This document shows positions 51,104 through 59,380 of a DNA stretch of 64,000 bases, one piece after another. Position 1 is the stretch's first letter; each line of letters opens with the position of its first letter. The DNA comes from Pseudomonadota bacterium (GTDB lineage Bacteria; Pseudomonadota; Alphaproteobacteria; Sphingomonadales; Sphingomonadaceae). The translations under genes were made by a program, and so were the position numbers. The notes under the pieces are model-generated. The model was not told where the DNA came from, ran no database searches, and saw only the letters and a list, made by a program, of their open reading frames with translations. The stretch lies in NCBI GenBank assembly GCA_034211135.1, contig JAXHVK010000001.1, positions 9,675 through 73,674 on the forward strand. Direction: 5' to 3'.

Positions 51104-51967
51104 TCAGAACGGAATTTCGTCGTCCAGATCCGCGACTGGTGTCTGACGGGAAGCTTCGATGCGCTCGATAAACGCAAGCGATGCGAGGACGCTGTCTATG
51201 ATGAATTGCGCTTCCGAGACGTCGAGGAGCTCATTGTCATGGGCGAAAGAGCGCTTGTTGCGCGCCTGGTTCAGACCGTCGAAGAGCTTGTGCTGAACGC
51301 GGAGTGTCGGCAGGGCGAACTCGCTGACGGCGCCTTCATCACGTAAGGCCTTGCCGTATGCGCCGAATATGGCGTCGAGCGGAGTCTTTGCATCGACGAC
51401 CTGGTCCCGCGATGCCAGCAGATCGCGGAAGCGTTTGACGCAATAGGTATGCACACGATCCAGTGCGACATCCGGTTTTTCCGCTACAAGATCGGCGGCG
51501 ATGGACGCACGTAGTTTGGGCAGCGTGGTGTCGCGCGAGAAGTCCTTGAACGCGTCGTCGAGGTTCAGCGTAGACGCATTTTCAAGCTCATTCGTGAACT
51601 GCTCAAGCCATGCTTTCAGGCGCTCTTCTTTCGCGGCGTCCGCATCCACATAGCCATCGAGACTGCAACGATACGCCCACAAGACGCGAAGAACCTGAGC
51701 GACGAGGCGCGGTTCAGCGACCTCGACAAAGCCTCTGAGTGTTTTGCCCTTGCTCGCGCCTTCGACCTGGAAGCGTTCTTGGAATATCTGGATGTCGAAA
51801 TTTTCCTCAAACCACTCGGCCATGGTTCGGTCGGAAAAGTCGAGAACGTAGCCGCCGCCACTATGAAATATCTGGTCAAAGACAGCTCGTTGCTGAGACG
51901 GCAGCCGGCGCGTGCGTCCGATAATCCTGGGAAGGTTGGAATCAAGGTCTTGCGAAGGCTGAGTCAT
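51104..51967 (-). CDS. Abortive infection family protein (AbiJ-like N-terminus, Abi_C-like C-terminus)
   Basis: GGYVLDFSDRT N-terminus; LDRVHTY and RNKRSFAHDN (RxxxxxxH, HEPN-like). Confidence 0.7.
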   Translation of the reverse strand: MTQPSQDLDSNLPRIIGRTRRLPSQQRAVFDQIFHSGGGYVLDFSDRTMAEWFEENFDIQIFQERFQVEGASKGKTLRGFVEVAEPRLVAQVLRVLWAYRCSLDGYVDADAAKEERLKAWLEQFTNELENASTLNLDDAFKDFSRDTTLPKLRASIAADLVAEKPDVALDRVHTYCVKRFRDLLASRDQVVDAKTPLDAIFGAYGKALRDEGAVSEFALPTLRVQHKLFDGLNQARNKRSFAHDNELLDVSEAQFIIDSVLASLAFIERIEASRQTPVADLDDEIPF

Positions 51968-52025
51968 CCGATGAACATACCGAAAACCTTCCGTGGCGCA
52001 CAGTCACTGTGAAGTATTGGCGGCC

Positions 52026-52740
52026 TCAGCGGCCTTTGCCCTGAAGAAGTTGGCGATAACCGCGATCGATCATCATCCGCCCGTAAGTGGCCAGCCGCGC
52101 AACCTGCGCCTTGAGCGAACTGGTCTTTCACGGTTCGGCGGCGACGCGATCAGCGCCGAAGAAGGCCGTGGCAATGGCACGATAGCTGGCGCCGCTCTGG
52201 CGTCCGTCGATCGTGCGGAGGGCGCGTTTCAGTCGCTCGCGCCGATGTGGCGTAATCGGCGGATCTGAGTCGCGCTCGATAAGTTGGCGATACAGTCTGT
52301 CAGCGGCAGCAAGCCGAACGGGCCAGGCGTCATCGAGAGGAAGCAGGAGACCTACAGGCCGATCATCGACCAGATTACCGACAAGATTGACGCCGTTCTC
52401 CAATCGCATCCACGACAGTCCGTCGTCGCCCGTTTCGCGATCTGTGATGCTGTCGGGAGGAATGGCGGCGGTCAGGCCGATGTCGGGCAGAGACGCGATC
52501 AGGTGAACCACTGCGGGTGCAGCGGAAGGCAGCCAGAAGACCGGGGCGCCAAGTGCGTTGAGCTCCGGGTCTACCGGGAAATCGCAACCCCCAATCGGCT
52601 GGAGCGCCGCCGCCCTCCTGCATCATGTCGTAGTCTTTGCGATAATGCGTGTTCCGCCGAAGGCACTCCCAGGCAAGCCCCGAGATGTCGAGCTGATCGA
52701 AATGATCATATTGGTGATCGTCGCGCCAGTCGGCCGGCAT
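52026..52740 (-). pseudogene. fseA: FseA-like activator (DUF6499 + DUF2285 joined by a +1 frameshift), with a premature stop at 52128-52130
   Basis: AWECLRRN...WGLRF, then after the +1 shift PVDP...LRTIDG...ASYRAIA, then TGA, then in-frame KTSSL...GYRQLL. Confidence 0.8.
52576..52596 (-). other. +1 programmed ribosomal frameshift site
   Basis: GAT.TGG.GGG.TTG.CGA.TTT.CCC matches the recalled msi172-msi171 consensus SRV.TGG.GGN.NTN.NNN.TTT.CSY at all but one position. Confidence 0.8.
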
Positions 52741-52869
52741 GGCGAACTTCTCCCAATCACACGCCGAAATGTTGGACGGCGTCAGCTAGTTGGGATGTTT
52801 CGCCGTAAATCGGCGGGTGCATAGTACGGGCACAAGCATCGTGCGATGCGTACAGTGCATCGCTACCGC

Positions 52870-53145
52870 CTATTCCAGGGGAAGACCGTTCCTGAGAATG
52901 TCCCGATATCCTTGTTCGGTCATCCAACGCGCGCGGGACAGGTGGCTGTCGTGCACACGGCGGGCCCGCTCCGGCTCCGCCCTCGCGTCGATGCCAAGCA
53001 AGACCGGCGACACCTCTTCCAGCGATGCTCCGGCGTCATTGGCGTCGAGAAGTCGCATGTAAAGCTTGAGGTGATCGCGATCATAGACGGTCACGGCCGC
53101 ATCGTTCGGCGGGGCATCTGCGATCGTAAGCGGGGTGGCGGGCAT
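52870..53145 (-). CDS. qseM: QseM-like antiactivator (stand-alone DUF2285), 91 aa
   Basis: YD..H...YMRLLDA...S..E....LGID...EPERAR....SHL.RA.WM...GY closely matches Mesorhizobium QseM as recalled. Confidence 0.85.
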   Translation of the reverse strand: MPATPLTIADAPPNDAAVTVYDRDHLKLYMRLLDANDAGASLEEVSPVLLGIDARAEPERARRVHDSHLSRARWMTEQGYRDILRNGLPLE

Positions 53146-53268
53146 CGGCGTCCTGGCGAGTGTGGCACAATTGTTAATGAACCGGAAACCATGACGCATG
53201 CAAGCGCCGGCCGGTTGAAATGCCACCGGTGCGACGACTGCGGTGCGCTTCGGTCGGCATGTCGTCCG

Positions 53269-53297
53269 CGTATTATAATACGTCGCATCAAAATACG
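53269..53297. promoter_or_regulatory. Tandem C-protein-type operators (OL/OR)
   Basis: Perfect palindrome CGTATTATAATACG (53269-53282) and degenerate copy CGCATCAAAATACG (53284-53297), offset by 15 bp. Confidence 0.7.
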
Positions 53298-53318
53298 CGA
53301 TCCGCATTTTACTTGCGG

Positions 53319-53537
53319 ATGGATATTCGTGACGTTTTTGGAAAGAATCTCAAGCACTACCGGATGAAAATCGGCATCAGCCAGGACGCGCTGGCGGCCA
53401 AAATGGGCGTTGATCGCGCCCATGTGAGTTCGATGGAGCGCGGCCAGCAGAACGTGACCATCATCACCCTTTGGCATGCGGCGCTCGCGCTTGACGTGAA
53501 GCCGGCTGCACTTCTCGACGATCAGGCTCAGGATTAG
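53319..53537 (+). CDS. qseC: XRE-family controller protein (QseC homolog)
   Basis: FGKNLKHYR...SQDALA...DRAHVSSMERGQQNVT; divergent from qseM; no Shine-Dalgarno sequence seen. Confidence 0.8.
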   Translation: MDIRDVFGKNLKHYRMKIGISQDALAAKMGVDRAHVSSMERGQQNVTIITLWHAALALDVKPAALLDDQAQD

Positions 53538-53578
53538 AATTAGAGGCGCCCCGCCCGCTGAGCGGGGCGCCGGAAGCG

Positions 53579-53911
53579 TCAGTCGCCGTTCTGGCGGCGG
53601 GACCGCGACCAGATGAGACTGAAGCTCTCTTCGCCCTCGATGACGGTGTCGTCGAAGAGGTTGGCGTAGATCGGCGCGGTGAAGCTTGGATCGTCGAGCT
53701 TGAGGCTCAGATAGTCGCGACCTTCGTTCGAGCGTTTGGACCAAGCGGCGCCGATTTCGACGCGGCCTACGAAGACGCGGTGCGAGGGAGCGTTGTCGTT
53801 AGATGACCCCTCTTCAGGGACGATGCGGACGTTCTTCGCCTGAACATTCAGGGTGACGATCTCGCCGACGAACTCGTTGCCGGTCTTCTTGAAGGTTCCG
53901 ATGGTGGCCAT
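53579..53911 (-). CDS. DUF736 domain protein (second paralog)
   Basis: MATIGTF...APSHRV...[10 protein letters not shown]...[11 protein letters not shown]. Confidence 0.9.
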   Translation of the reverse strand: MATIGTFKKTGNEFVGEIVTLNVQAKNVRIVPEEGSSNDNAPSHRVFVGRVEIGAAWSKRSNEGRDYLSLKLDDPSFTAPIYANLFDDTVIEGEESFSLIWSRSRRQNGD

Positions 53912-54529
53912 GTCAGTTCTCCTTTTGGCTTTCGAGCCCGCGCCCATCGCGGCCTCGATGGCGATCGGCACGGCCGGGGCGACCGCCGACGCAGTCCTTG
54001 CGACCCGCAGCGCAAGCGGAGGACAGCGGAGACGGAGTTTCTTGTTCCGCGAGGAATGGGCGAAGCCCAGGGGACGAAAGTCCGGCTCCGCCGTTGCGGC
54101 CAAGGGGGTCGAGGCATCAGCCGATCCCGGCCAGATCAGTCCATGAGAGGCTGAGACGGGCGTGGGGGAGGTTCAGGAGACCTGTAGAAAGTCGCCTGCG
54201 AATACCGATAAACGCCGGCAATATGTTTTGAAGGGTGGTCGCCCGCATTGGGCCAAGAGAAGAATGACGTCATCCGGGAGAGGGCAGATCGACAAGGCTG
54301 TGACCTGTCGTCGTCCGACGCGGCGCCCGATCGGCCCCCGCTGCCAGCGCACGAATTCGGCCACAGGACTCTCTAGCGAACCCGGTGCACGCGCGGCCAA
54401 TTTCAGTCGATAAGCTGACAACTGGACGGAGCGGTTGGGAAAGGAGCTATGCGGACAAAACCGCCAACCGGACGGCACCAATGAATGTCCTCTTCGCGGC
54501 AAAATAGAATTTGTATCTGAGGCAACAAA

Positions 54530-54556
54530 TGCCCGGCGACCATTGGCCGCCGGGCA
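54530..54556 (-). terminator. Probable terminator of the tandem ABM gene
   Basis: GCCCGGCG-N9-CGCCGGGC hairpin followed on the minus strand by ATTTGTT. Confidence 0.5.
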
Positions 54557-54577
54557 CTCGATAAAGGCACTCGTTAC

Positions 54578-55303
54578 TTACTTGATTGCCAGAATGTCGA
54601 AGTTACTGACGTTGGCGACCACGCCGTCGTCCCAACCGCCCTCGACCAGAACCGACGCTTTTTCGTTCAGAAGCCCGGCAACCTGCCCAGCAAAGTGTGC
54701 CTCGCGACCTGAGTTGTCGGCGAAGATGTCAAAGATTGCGAAGTTGTTTTCGTCAATCTGCAAAGCCGCCCAGAACAGCGTCTTTGGCTCTGTATCGGCC
54801 ACGATCGGGCCAGCCGCCGTCAACAATGCAGCCAGATTATCGGCCTGTCCTGGAGCCGCTTCGAGCCGGATATATGTTGCAGTTGTGGCACTGTAGAGAT
54901 CAACCGGTGCTTTGGCTGACAGAACGTCCGAGTTGTTGATGTTGGCGACAACTCCAGCATCCCAACCGCCGTCTACTAATGTGTCTGCGTTTCCATTCAG
55001 TGCGCCTGCGACAGCACCTGAAAAATGGGCATTGCGGGCAGCTTCATCCTCAAAGACATCGAAGATCGCTAGGCTGTCGCCTGCTTGCAAAGCAAACCAG
55101 AGTTTGGTGCCGGGCTCGGTTTCTGCGACCAGTGGGGCAGCACCTGCAAGAAACTCGGCAAATGCGTCGGTCTGGCCGGATGCGGCGGGCATTTCGATAA
55201 AGCTGGCAGTGTGATCGTTCATGACGTTTTCCTGTGCGTTTGCGGAAGTTGTTGCAGAAATCAAAGCGAGTGCTGAGATGGTGTGAAGGATTATGGATTT
55301 CAT
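54578..55303 (-). CDS. Secreted protein with two tandem ABM/Dabb-like domains
   Basis: Signal peptide (ANA-Q); two ~100-aa repeats, each with EP..T..W.ALQ...AIFD.F...R.AHF.G.VAG.L. Confidence 0.75.
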   Translation of the reverse strand: MKSIILHTISALALISATTSANAQENVMNDHTASFIEMPAASGQTDAFAEFLAGAAPLVAETEPGTKLWFALQAGDSLAIFDVFEDEAARNAHFSGAVAGALNGNADTLVDGGWDAGVVANINNSDVLSAKAPVDLYSATTATYIRLEAAPGQADNLAALLTAAGPIVADTEPKTLFWAALQIDENNFAIFDIFADNSGREAHFAGQVAGLLNEKASVLVEGGWDDGVVANVSNFDILAIK

Positions 55304-55453
55304 TGGTCTTCTCCTGAGTTTGGGTTCATCGTTCGGTTTCGATGAGCCCTTGTCCCATGTGCCACCCTCATGACTCCAATCTTGAAGTCCTATACTTCGA
55401 TAGGCATTGACTATGATTGATGCGCGGTTGAGGTTGCGTATGAGGAGGACGTC

Positions 55454-56320
55454 ATGGAAATGAATCAGGTCCGCTACTTTTTGGCGGTTTGCGAGCATCG
55501 CAATTTCACCCATGCCGCGAGTGCTTCCAACGTATCGCAACCCTCGCTTACGGCGGCGATCAAAAAACTTGAGGACGAATTGGGCGATGCATTGTTCATC
55601 CGAGATCGTGCTGGCTGCCGCCTGACAGCGCTTGGTAAGCTTATGCAGCCAAGATTGGAACGTATGCAGTCTGAGGCAAGGGAGGCAAAAGCCGAGGCTG
55701 TCCGACATACGCGGCTAGAAAGAGTCCCGATTAGCATCGGAATAGGTGAAACGATAGGCCATGCCAAAGTCTCGGAGGCCGTCGAACGGTTTCGTCAACG
55801 CGTGCCGCAAGCCGAGATAGAACTGATCGTCGACGCAAACGACACTTTGTTGGCGGGACTTCGCGAGGGAGAATTTGATCTCGTGATATCAACAGTAGAG
55901 GTCAGTGAGGAGCTTTATCGCATAGACCCACTCTATCAAGAGGCCTATCGTGTGGTTGTGGCGAAAGGTCATCCCCTGTCTGAGTTGCCGGCCGTATCGC
56001 TTGCTGATTTGGCAGATACAACCATGTTGGATCGCCCAAATTGTGAAATGCGAGAGGCATTGCATGGGGCGTGCACGGACCATGGTCATACGCTCTATGC
56101 GGCATACCGGTCAAACCGCGTGGACTGGTTGGTCGAGCTCGCGCGGCGAGGCTCGGGGGCCGTTATCCTTCCCGAAACGTCGATCCCTGACCATGACAAT
56201 CTCGTCTCACTTCCGATAGCCGACATGGAAATTGCAAGAGATGTGGCAGCGCTTCGTTTCCGCCATCAGGCTTCTCGCTCAGAAACAAACGAACTGGTGC
56301 GGGAGTTTTCGCGGAACTGA
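55454..56320 (+). CDS. LysR family regulator
   Basis: MEMNQVRYF...NFTHAA...SQPSLTAAIKKLEDELG. Confidence 0.92.
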   Translation: MEMNQVRYFLAVCEHRNFTHAASASNVSQPSLTAAIKKLEDELGDALFIRDRAGCRLTALGKLMQPRLERMQSEAREAKAEAVRHTRLERVPISIGIGETIGHAKVSEAVERFRQRVPQAEIELIVDANDTLLAGLREGEFDLVISTVEVSEELYRIDPLYQEAYRVVVAKGHPLSELPAVSLADLADTTMLDRPNCEMREALHGACTDHGHTLYAAYRSNRVDWLVELARRGSGAVILPETSIPDHDNLVSLPIADMEIARDVAALRFRHQASRSETNELVREFSRN

Positions 56321-56413
56321 GCTTTGTAAAGAGCGGACATTGGCGCTTCGTGCAGCATCGGTCAAAGTGGGCTCGAAGTATGAATTCGCTGCGATCGCTT
56401 CGAACGGCCGCTT

Positions 56414-56839
56414 TCAAACCGGCTGAGGTGATTCTGGCGCTGCAAGGGACGCAATGCGCAGCCATGCAGTGACACCGACAATGATCGCGCCGACGCTGGC
56501 GAAGACGAGCGTCAAAGTCTCACCTGCGCCGCCGACTTGTGAGAGACCTTTCACTGCATGGAACCCAGCAAGACCTGCCGGCAAGGCGTAAAGTGCCCCG
56601 AGCGCAAGGCGGATGATCGGTGAGCGGATCGTTGCAAAGGCCACCTGCCCGAGAACAAGAGCTGCGGCGCCGACAAACAGTGCGACAACAATGGAGCCGA
56701 TCAGTCCCGCATCGCTTTCAAACGCATAGTAGCCGACGGTGATGGCGACGAAGAAGGGAAGCGCATATACGGCCAAGCTGAACAGAAGCCAGCAGAGAAA
56801 ACCGAGGCCGATGACACTGAGCAATGCGGACAGGAACAT
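56414..56839 (-). CDS. Conserved ICE membrane protein
   Basis: Hydrophobic protein with LAVYALPFF and ALPAGLAG motifs. Confidence 0.7.
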   Translation of the reverse strand: MFLSALLSVIGLGFLCWLLFSLAVYALPFFVAITVGYYAFESDAGLIGSIVVALFVGAAALVLGQVAFATIRSPIIRLALGALYALPAGLAGFHAVKGLSQVGGAGETLTLVFASVGAIIVGVTAWLRIASLAAPESPQPV

Positions 56840-56956
56840 GGCGGTCTCCTTGTCGAGGGAGCGCCTCCACCAACCGCCACGGCGCTTCTGGCAGTATAGC
56901 GAAGAGTAACGCGTGCCGGAACCGTCCGGCGCGCATCAGGTGATGCATATGGCGCA

Positions 56957-57895
56957 TCACGTCGCCTGCGTTGAACTTTGCCGGGACCGGAAGTCGTAAA
57001 GCGGCACGCCGAGCTTGCGGGCCTTGTCGGCGAGATTGTCGGTGATCCCGGACCCCGGAAAGAGGATGAGTCCGATGGGCATGGCCTCGAGAAGCACGTC
57101 GTTGCGCTTGAACGGTGCGGCCTTGCCGTGGCGTTTCCAGTCCGGCTTGAAGACGATTTGCTGGCATTTGCGGGCGTCGGCCCAGCAGGCGGCGATCTTC
57201 TCGGCGCCTTTGGGCGATCCGCCATGCAGCAGCACCATGTCGGCGTGTTTGGCCATCACTCGGTCGAGCGCCTTCCAGATGGTCCGATGATCGGTGACGT
57301 CGAGCCCGCCAGAGAATGCGACGCGTGGCCCGGTTGGCAGAAGTGGTTCGATCTCCGCGCGCCGCTTCGCCGTCAGATAGTCGCGGCTGTCGATCATGGA
57401 GGCCGTCAGCGTGCGGTGGCTGATCCGCGATCCCGAGTGCGGACGCCAGGTCTGGCCAATATGGGTCTCGAAGTGATCAGCGGCGATGTCGCGCATGAGT
57501 TCGTAGGCGTTGCGCCGCTCGATCAGCGTGACGCCCTGCGCCGTCAGGGCTTCGAGTTCGACAGAGCGTACTTCGGAACCGTCCTGTTCGCGCTGCGCGC
57601 GTTTCTGGGCCTGTTCGTTGTCGTCGAGGTCGCGATCGACACGGGCCGCTGTGCGATGAAACAGGTTCGTCACGGACCAAAAAAGGTCTTCGAGGTCCGG
57701 TTCCAGCCGCGTGTCGCCCAGCGTCGCGGCGAGCGCGTCGAAGATGTCCGTCATCGCGCCCTGGAGGGCGTCGATTTCGGGTAAAGGTCTCGAATCGGGC
57801 TCGTCGGCGAAAGGCCGATAGCCGTAGAGTTGCAATTCTTCGAGCACGGCGGCGGTTGCGGAACTGGCGTGTCGTTCGATGGTCTCGGCTGTCAT
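56957..57895 (-). CDS. DUF2493 (SLOG-like) domain protein
   Basis: EELQLYGYRP; LLHGGSPKGAEKIAACWA; FPGSGIT. Confidence 0.85.
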   Translation of the reverse strand: MTAETIERHASSATAAVLEELQLYGYRPFADEPDSRPLPEIDALQGAMTDIFDALAATLGDTRLEPDLEDLFWSVTNLFHRTAARVDRDLDDNEQAQKRAQREQDGSEVRSVELEALTAQGVTLIERRNAYELMRDIAADHFETHIGQTWRPHSGSRISHRTLTASMIDSRDYLTAKRRAEIEPLLPTGPRVAFSGGLDVTDHRTIWKALDRVMAKHADMVLLHGGSPKGAEKIAACWADARKCQQIVFKPDWKRHGKAAPFKRNDVLLEAMPIGLILFPGSGITDNLADKARKLGVPLYDFRSRQSSTQAT

Positions 57896-58244
57896 GGGAT
57901 CGTCTCCTGTTCGGCGTGGGCCGCGCCTCTCGCGGCCTTCCCGAGCGACGGAAAAGCGGGGGCTGGCCGGGACTGCACCGCCGTTCCCGGCGGCCGGAGC
58001 CACAGGCGGAGGACGGCGGAGGCGGCGCTCTTTTGCTTCGCGATGCAAAGCCGGGCGCACACATGGTCTGTTTTGCCACGCGGAACGCGTGGGTGGGCCC
58101 GGCGGCGGAAAAGAGCGCCGCCGCAGCCGTTGCCTGCCGGGCCGGGCTCCGCTCCGTCTCGCTCCTCCCGGAAGGCCGAAGGCGTGACTCTCGGGCAAGG
58201 AGACGACGATGTAGGCGAGAGCCGCGACAGGCCTGCTCAGCTGC

Positions 58245-59285
58245 TCAGGGGTCGCAGGAAAGCAGCCGCGATAGATCAGCCGTGGCCAATTGCGGGCCGA
58301 GATGCGCCCGCAGGTCTTCTCGTCCGAGCTTGCGGAGATCTTCGTTGAAATCATCGCCAAGGGGAGCAAGCCGGATCGTCTCGATGCCGACGGCATCTGC
58401 GCGTTCCGTCAGTTTGTCAGCCGCCATGGCGCCTGCTTCGTCGGCGTCGGCCGCGATATAGAGACGCCGAAGCCCTGCCGGCAGGATCAGCGCGGCGAGA
58501 TGGTTGGCCGATAACGCGGCGATGACCGGCAGGTCGGGTAACGCCATGCGCAGTGACAGCGTGCTTTCAAGCCCTTCGCCGGCAGTGAGAATGTCGGTCG
58601 CGATGCCGACCCGCACACCGTGCCCGAGCAGATGCCCCATCGCCTTGCGCGGTGGGTCAAGCGGGGCCTTGCGAGCCGTCGCCGGATCGAGCCAGGTGCG
58701 GTGGACGCCGGTGAGATTGCCTTGTCCGTCCGTGACCTTCGCGAGCAATGCGGGCCAAGTCTCCGACGGTGCATCTTTCGGCTGACCTTCACGCCAATAG
58801 TAGCAGCACGGATGAAATCGCAGCGCTGGCGCGCCGCCAAGCCCGGAAAGACCGCGCCGATGCAGATAGCGCTCGGCAAGCGTTCTACCGACAGGTCTTC
58901 CCATGGCGAAGAGGCGCCGTGCGGCCTCCGGCGATCCGGTGGGTGCGACCACTCGTTCGCGAGTTGGCGGTTCAGGTCGTGGGAGGCTCAGGAAGATCCT
59001 CGCCTCATCAAGCGTCTCGCCGAAGGTGCGAAGTTGCCGGGCGCCTGCAATGAGATCTAGCAGGTCACCATGTTCGCCTGTGGCGGCGTCTGTCCATTTG
59101 CCGGCAGCGCCAGGACCGTGGGTTGGTCCAGTGAGGCGAACGTAAAGACTGCGACCGGACGTGTTCTCGATGTCGCCGACGATCCAGTAGCGGCCCTGCT
59201 TGCGGCCGTTGGAGAGGTAATGGCGACAAACGGCCTCCGCCTCGCGGCCGAGCCGCTGCGCGATGTCGGATGCAGCGCTGTTCAT
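58245..59285 (-). CDS. Toprim domain protein (primase-like)
   Basis: GKWTDAATGEHGDLLDL, GEGLES and IAADAD. Confidence 0.88.
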   Translation of the reverse strand: MNSAASDIAQRLGREAEAVCRHYLSNGRKQGRYWIVGDIENTSGRSLYVRLTGPTHGPGAAGKWTDAATGEHGDLLDLIAGARQLRTFGETLDEARIFLSLPRPEPPTRERVVAPTGSPEAARRLFAMGRPVGRTLAERYLHRRGLSGLGGAPALRFHPCCYYWREGQPKDAPSETWPALLAKVTDGQGNLTGVHRTWLDPATARKAPLDPPRKAMGHLLGHGVRVGIATDILTAGEGLESTLSLRMALPDLPVIAALSANHLAALILPAGLRRLYIAADADEAGAMAADKLTERADAVGIETIRLAPLGDDFNEDLRKLGREDLRAHLGPQLATADLSRLLSCDP

Positions 59286-59380
59286 TTGCGCCTCCATGCT
59301 GAGAGCAAAAAAGAAGGAGCCCGCCACAGTGGGCGGGCTCCAGGGGCGGCTGCGGGAGCCGTTGGGGGCTTGGCTCCCGG

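Noticed and set aside
52128-52130. TGA as selenocysteine or programmed readthrough
   Set aside because: The position appears to be Trp rather than Cys in homologs, and I see no SECIS-like hairpin; a nonsense mutation or sequencing error is simpler.
49224-53911. Two DUF736 paralogs
   Set aside because: I recall this as a regular feature of these ICE backbones.
54130-54520. Short ORFs between DUF736 and the ABM gene
   Set aside because: No coherent homology in the frames I read; treated as junction DNA.
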